DNA from: Rebecca billardiae RCC1528
Taxonomy: Eukaryota > Protista > Haptophyta
Length of the DNA: 64,000 nt
Direction: 5' to 3'
Assembly (NCBI GenBank): GCA_965240325.2
Contig: OZ251235.1
Span: 1,860,001-1,924,000, forward strand
Shown: one piece after another, positions 63,330-64,000 of the stretch
How the letters are laid out: the number at the start of each line of letters is the position of its first letter
Numbering within the stretch: position 1 is the first letter of the stretch
Translations under genes and position numbers: made by a program
The notes under the pieces: model-generated
What the model saw: the letters and a program-made list of their open reading frames with translations, nothing else
The model's database searches: none
Told to the model about the DNA's origin: nothing

Positions 63330-63680
63330 GGAGCCCCCCTGTATCAGTGATACAGGCCGAGATACAGTGATACAGTGATACAGGTGGCCTGTAGTCCGGG
63401 TGGCGGCAGTCCGGGTGGACGGCGGCGCGGCGCGGCGGCGCCGGGCCGGGAGGAGCCCCCCCCGTATCAGTGATACAGGCAGATACAGTGATACAGTGAT
63501 ACGGGTGGCCTGTAGTCCGGGTGGCGGCAGTCCGGGCGGGCGGCTGCCGGCGCGTGCTGCGCGGCGGCGTGGCCGGGACGGGAGCCCCCCGTATCGTCAG
63601 TGATACAGGCGAATACAGTGATGATACAGTGATACAGGTGGCCTGTAGTCCGGATTAGGCGGTAGTCCGGGCGGCGGGCG
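63330..63680 (+). repeat. Satellite block 3: 3 degenerate units in forward orientation
   Basis: Cores at ~63341, ~63464 and ~63591 with small indels. Confidence 0.9.
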
Positions 63681-64000
63681 GCGCGCTGACGTATGGACAC
63701 GGTGCCGCGGCGGCTGGGGCTGTGCAGCCTGTCGTAGGTGGGTCCCTCCCAACTGGGGCGATGTTCTGGCGCACTCAGAATGGCGTCCTAGATTTCGTCT
63801 CTCACCCAGAATCGACGCTGTAAATGCGTCCCATCGGGGCGGAGCAAAAGTTTCGACCTCAAAACCTACTCCGCGTGCCGTCGCGCGGCCGAGCGCGCGC
63901 GCGCCGCGCCACTAGTGTCACATAGAGATTTTGCGAAGCGTTACTTGATGGTTATGGTGGCTAGATGGCGACATGCGATCGGAATGACTTATTGGCAACC

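Larger units (their letters stand above)
58188..63915 (+). mobile_element. Possible non-autonomous canonical Helitron enclosing the satellite blocks
   Basis: GC-rich hairpin(s) then CTAG|T at 63912-63916. Candidate A|TC start at 58187/58188. The 5' boundary is a guess. Confidence 0.35.

Noticed and set aside
58181-63700. ORFs with repeating CITVSLYLPVSLIRG / YHCITVSACITDTGG peptides
   Set aside because: Translations of the satellite. Unit lengths vary and do not preserve frame.

Overview
Very GC-rich eukaryotic nuclear DNA with short GT-AG introns and compact head-to-head genes. Composition and gene style suggest a haptophyte-like alga (inference only). Host genes: a Sel1-repeat/MYND protein, a 6TM + TIR/HET-like + TM + C-type-lectin receptor-like protein, a membrane-anchored tandem RNase T2, a TMEM184/OST-alpha-like transporter, a GH3 glycosidase, IBA57/YgfZ, a ~5,140-aa DNA-PKcs, a DM10-domain protein, a LOV/PAS-His-rich-ankyrin protein and a STIMATE/TMEM110-like protein. 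The mobile and repeat fraction is rich. (i) Three ~1.7-1.9 kb non-autonomous Helentron/Helitron2-like elements share a 5' TTATGGC start, co-varying subterminal inverted repeats and a 3' GNA-triloop hairpin, but have unrelated interiors. One sits in a pseudogenised duplicate of the Sel1-MYND 3' end, which reveals its empty site. (ii) A TA-flanked MITE. (iii) A 1.2-kb TIR element with a 4-bp TSD carrying an unknown ORF. (iv) A very young, intact Ty1/copia element with TG...TA LTRs, no canonical PBS, no integrase HHCC motif, and an in-phase C_CCA_AAC -1 slippery site between Gag-protease and IN-RT-RH. (v) A ~123-bp satellite with a near-invariant GATACAGT core in three alternately oriented blocks, possibly inside a canonical Helitron. 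All calls are by eye from motifs; no database searches were run.
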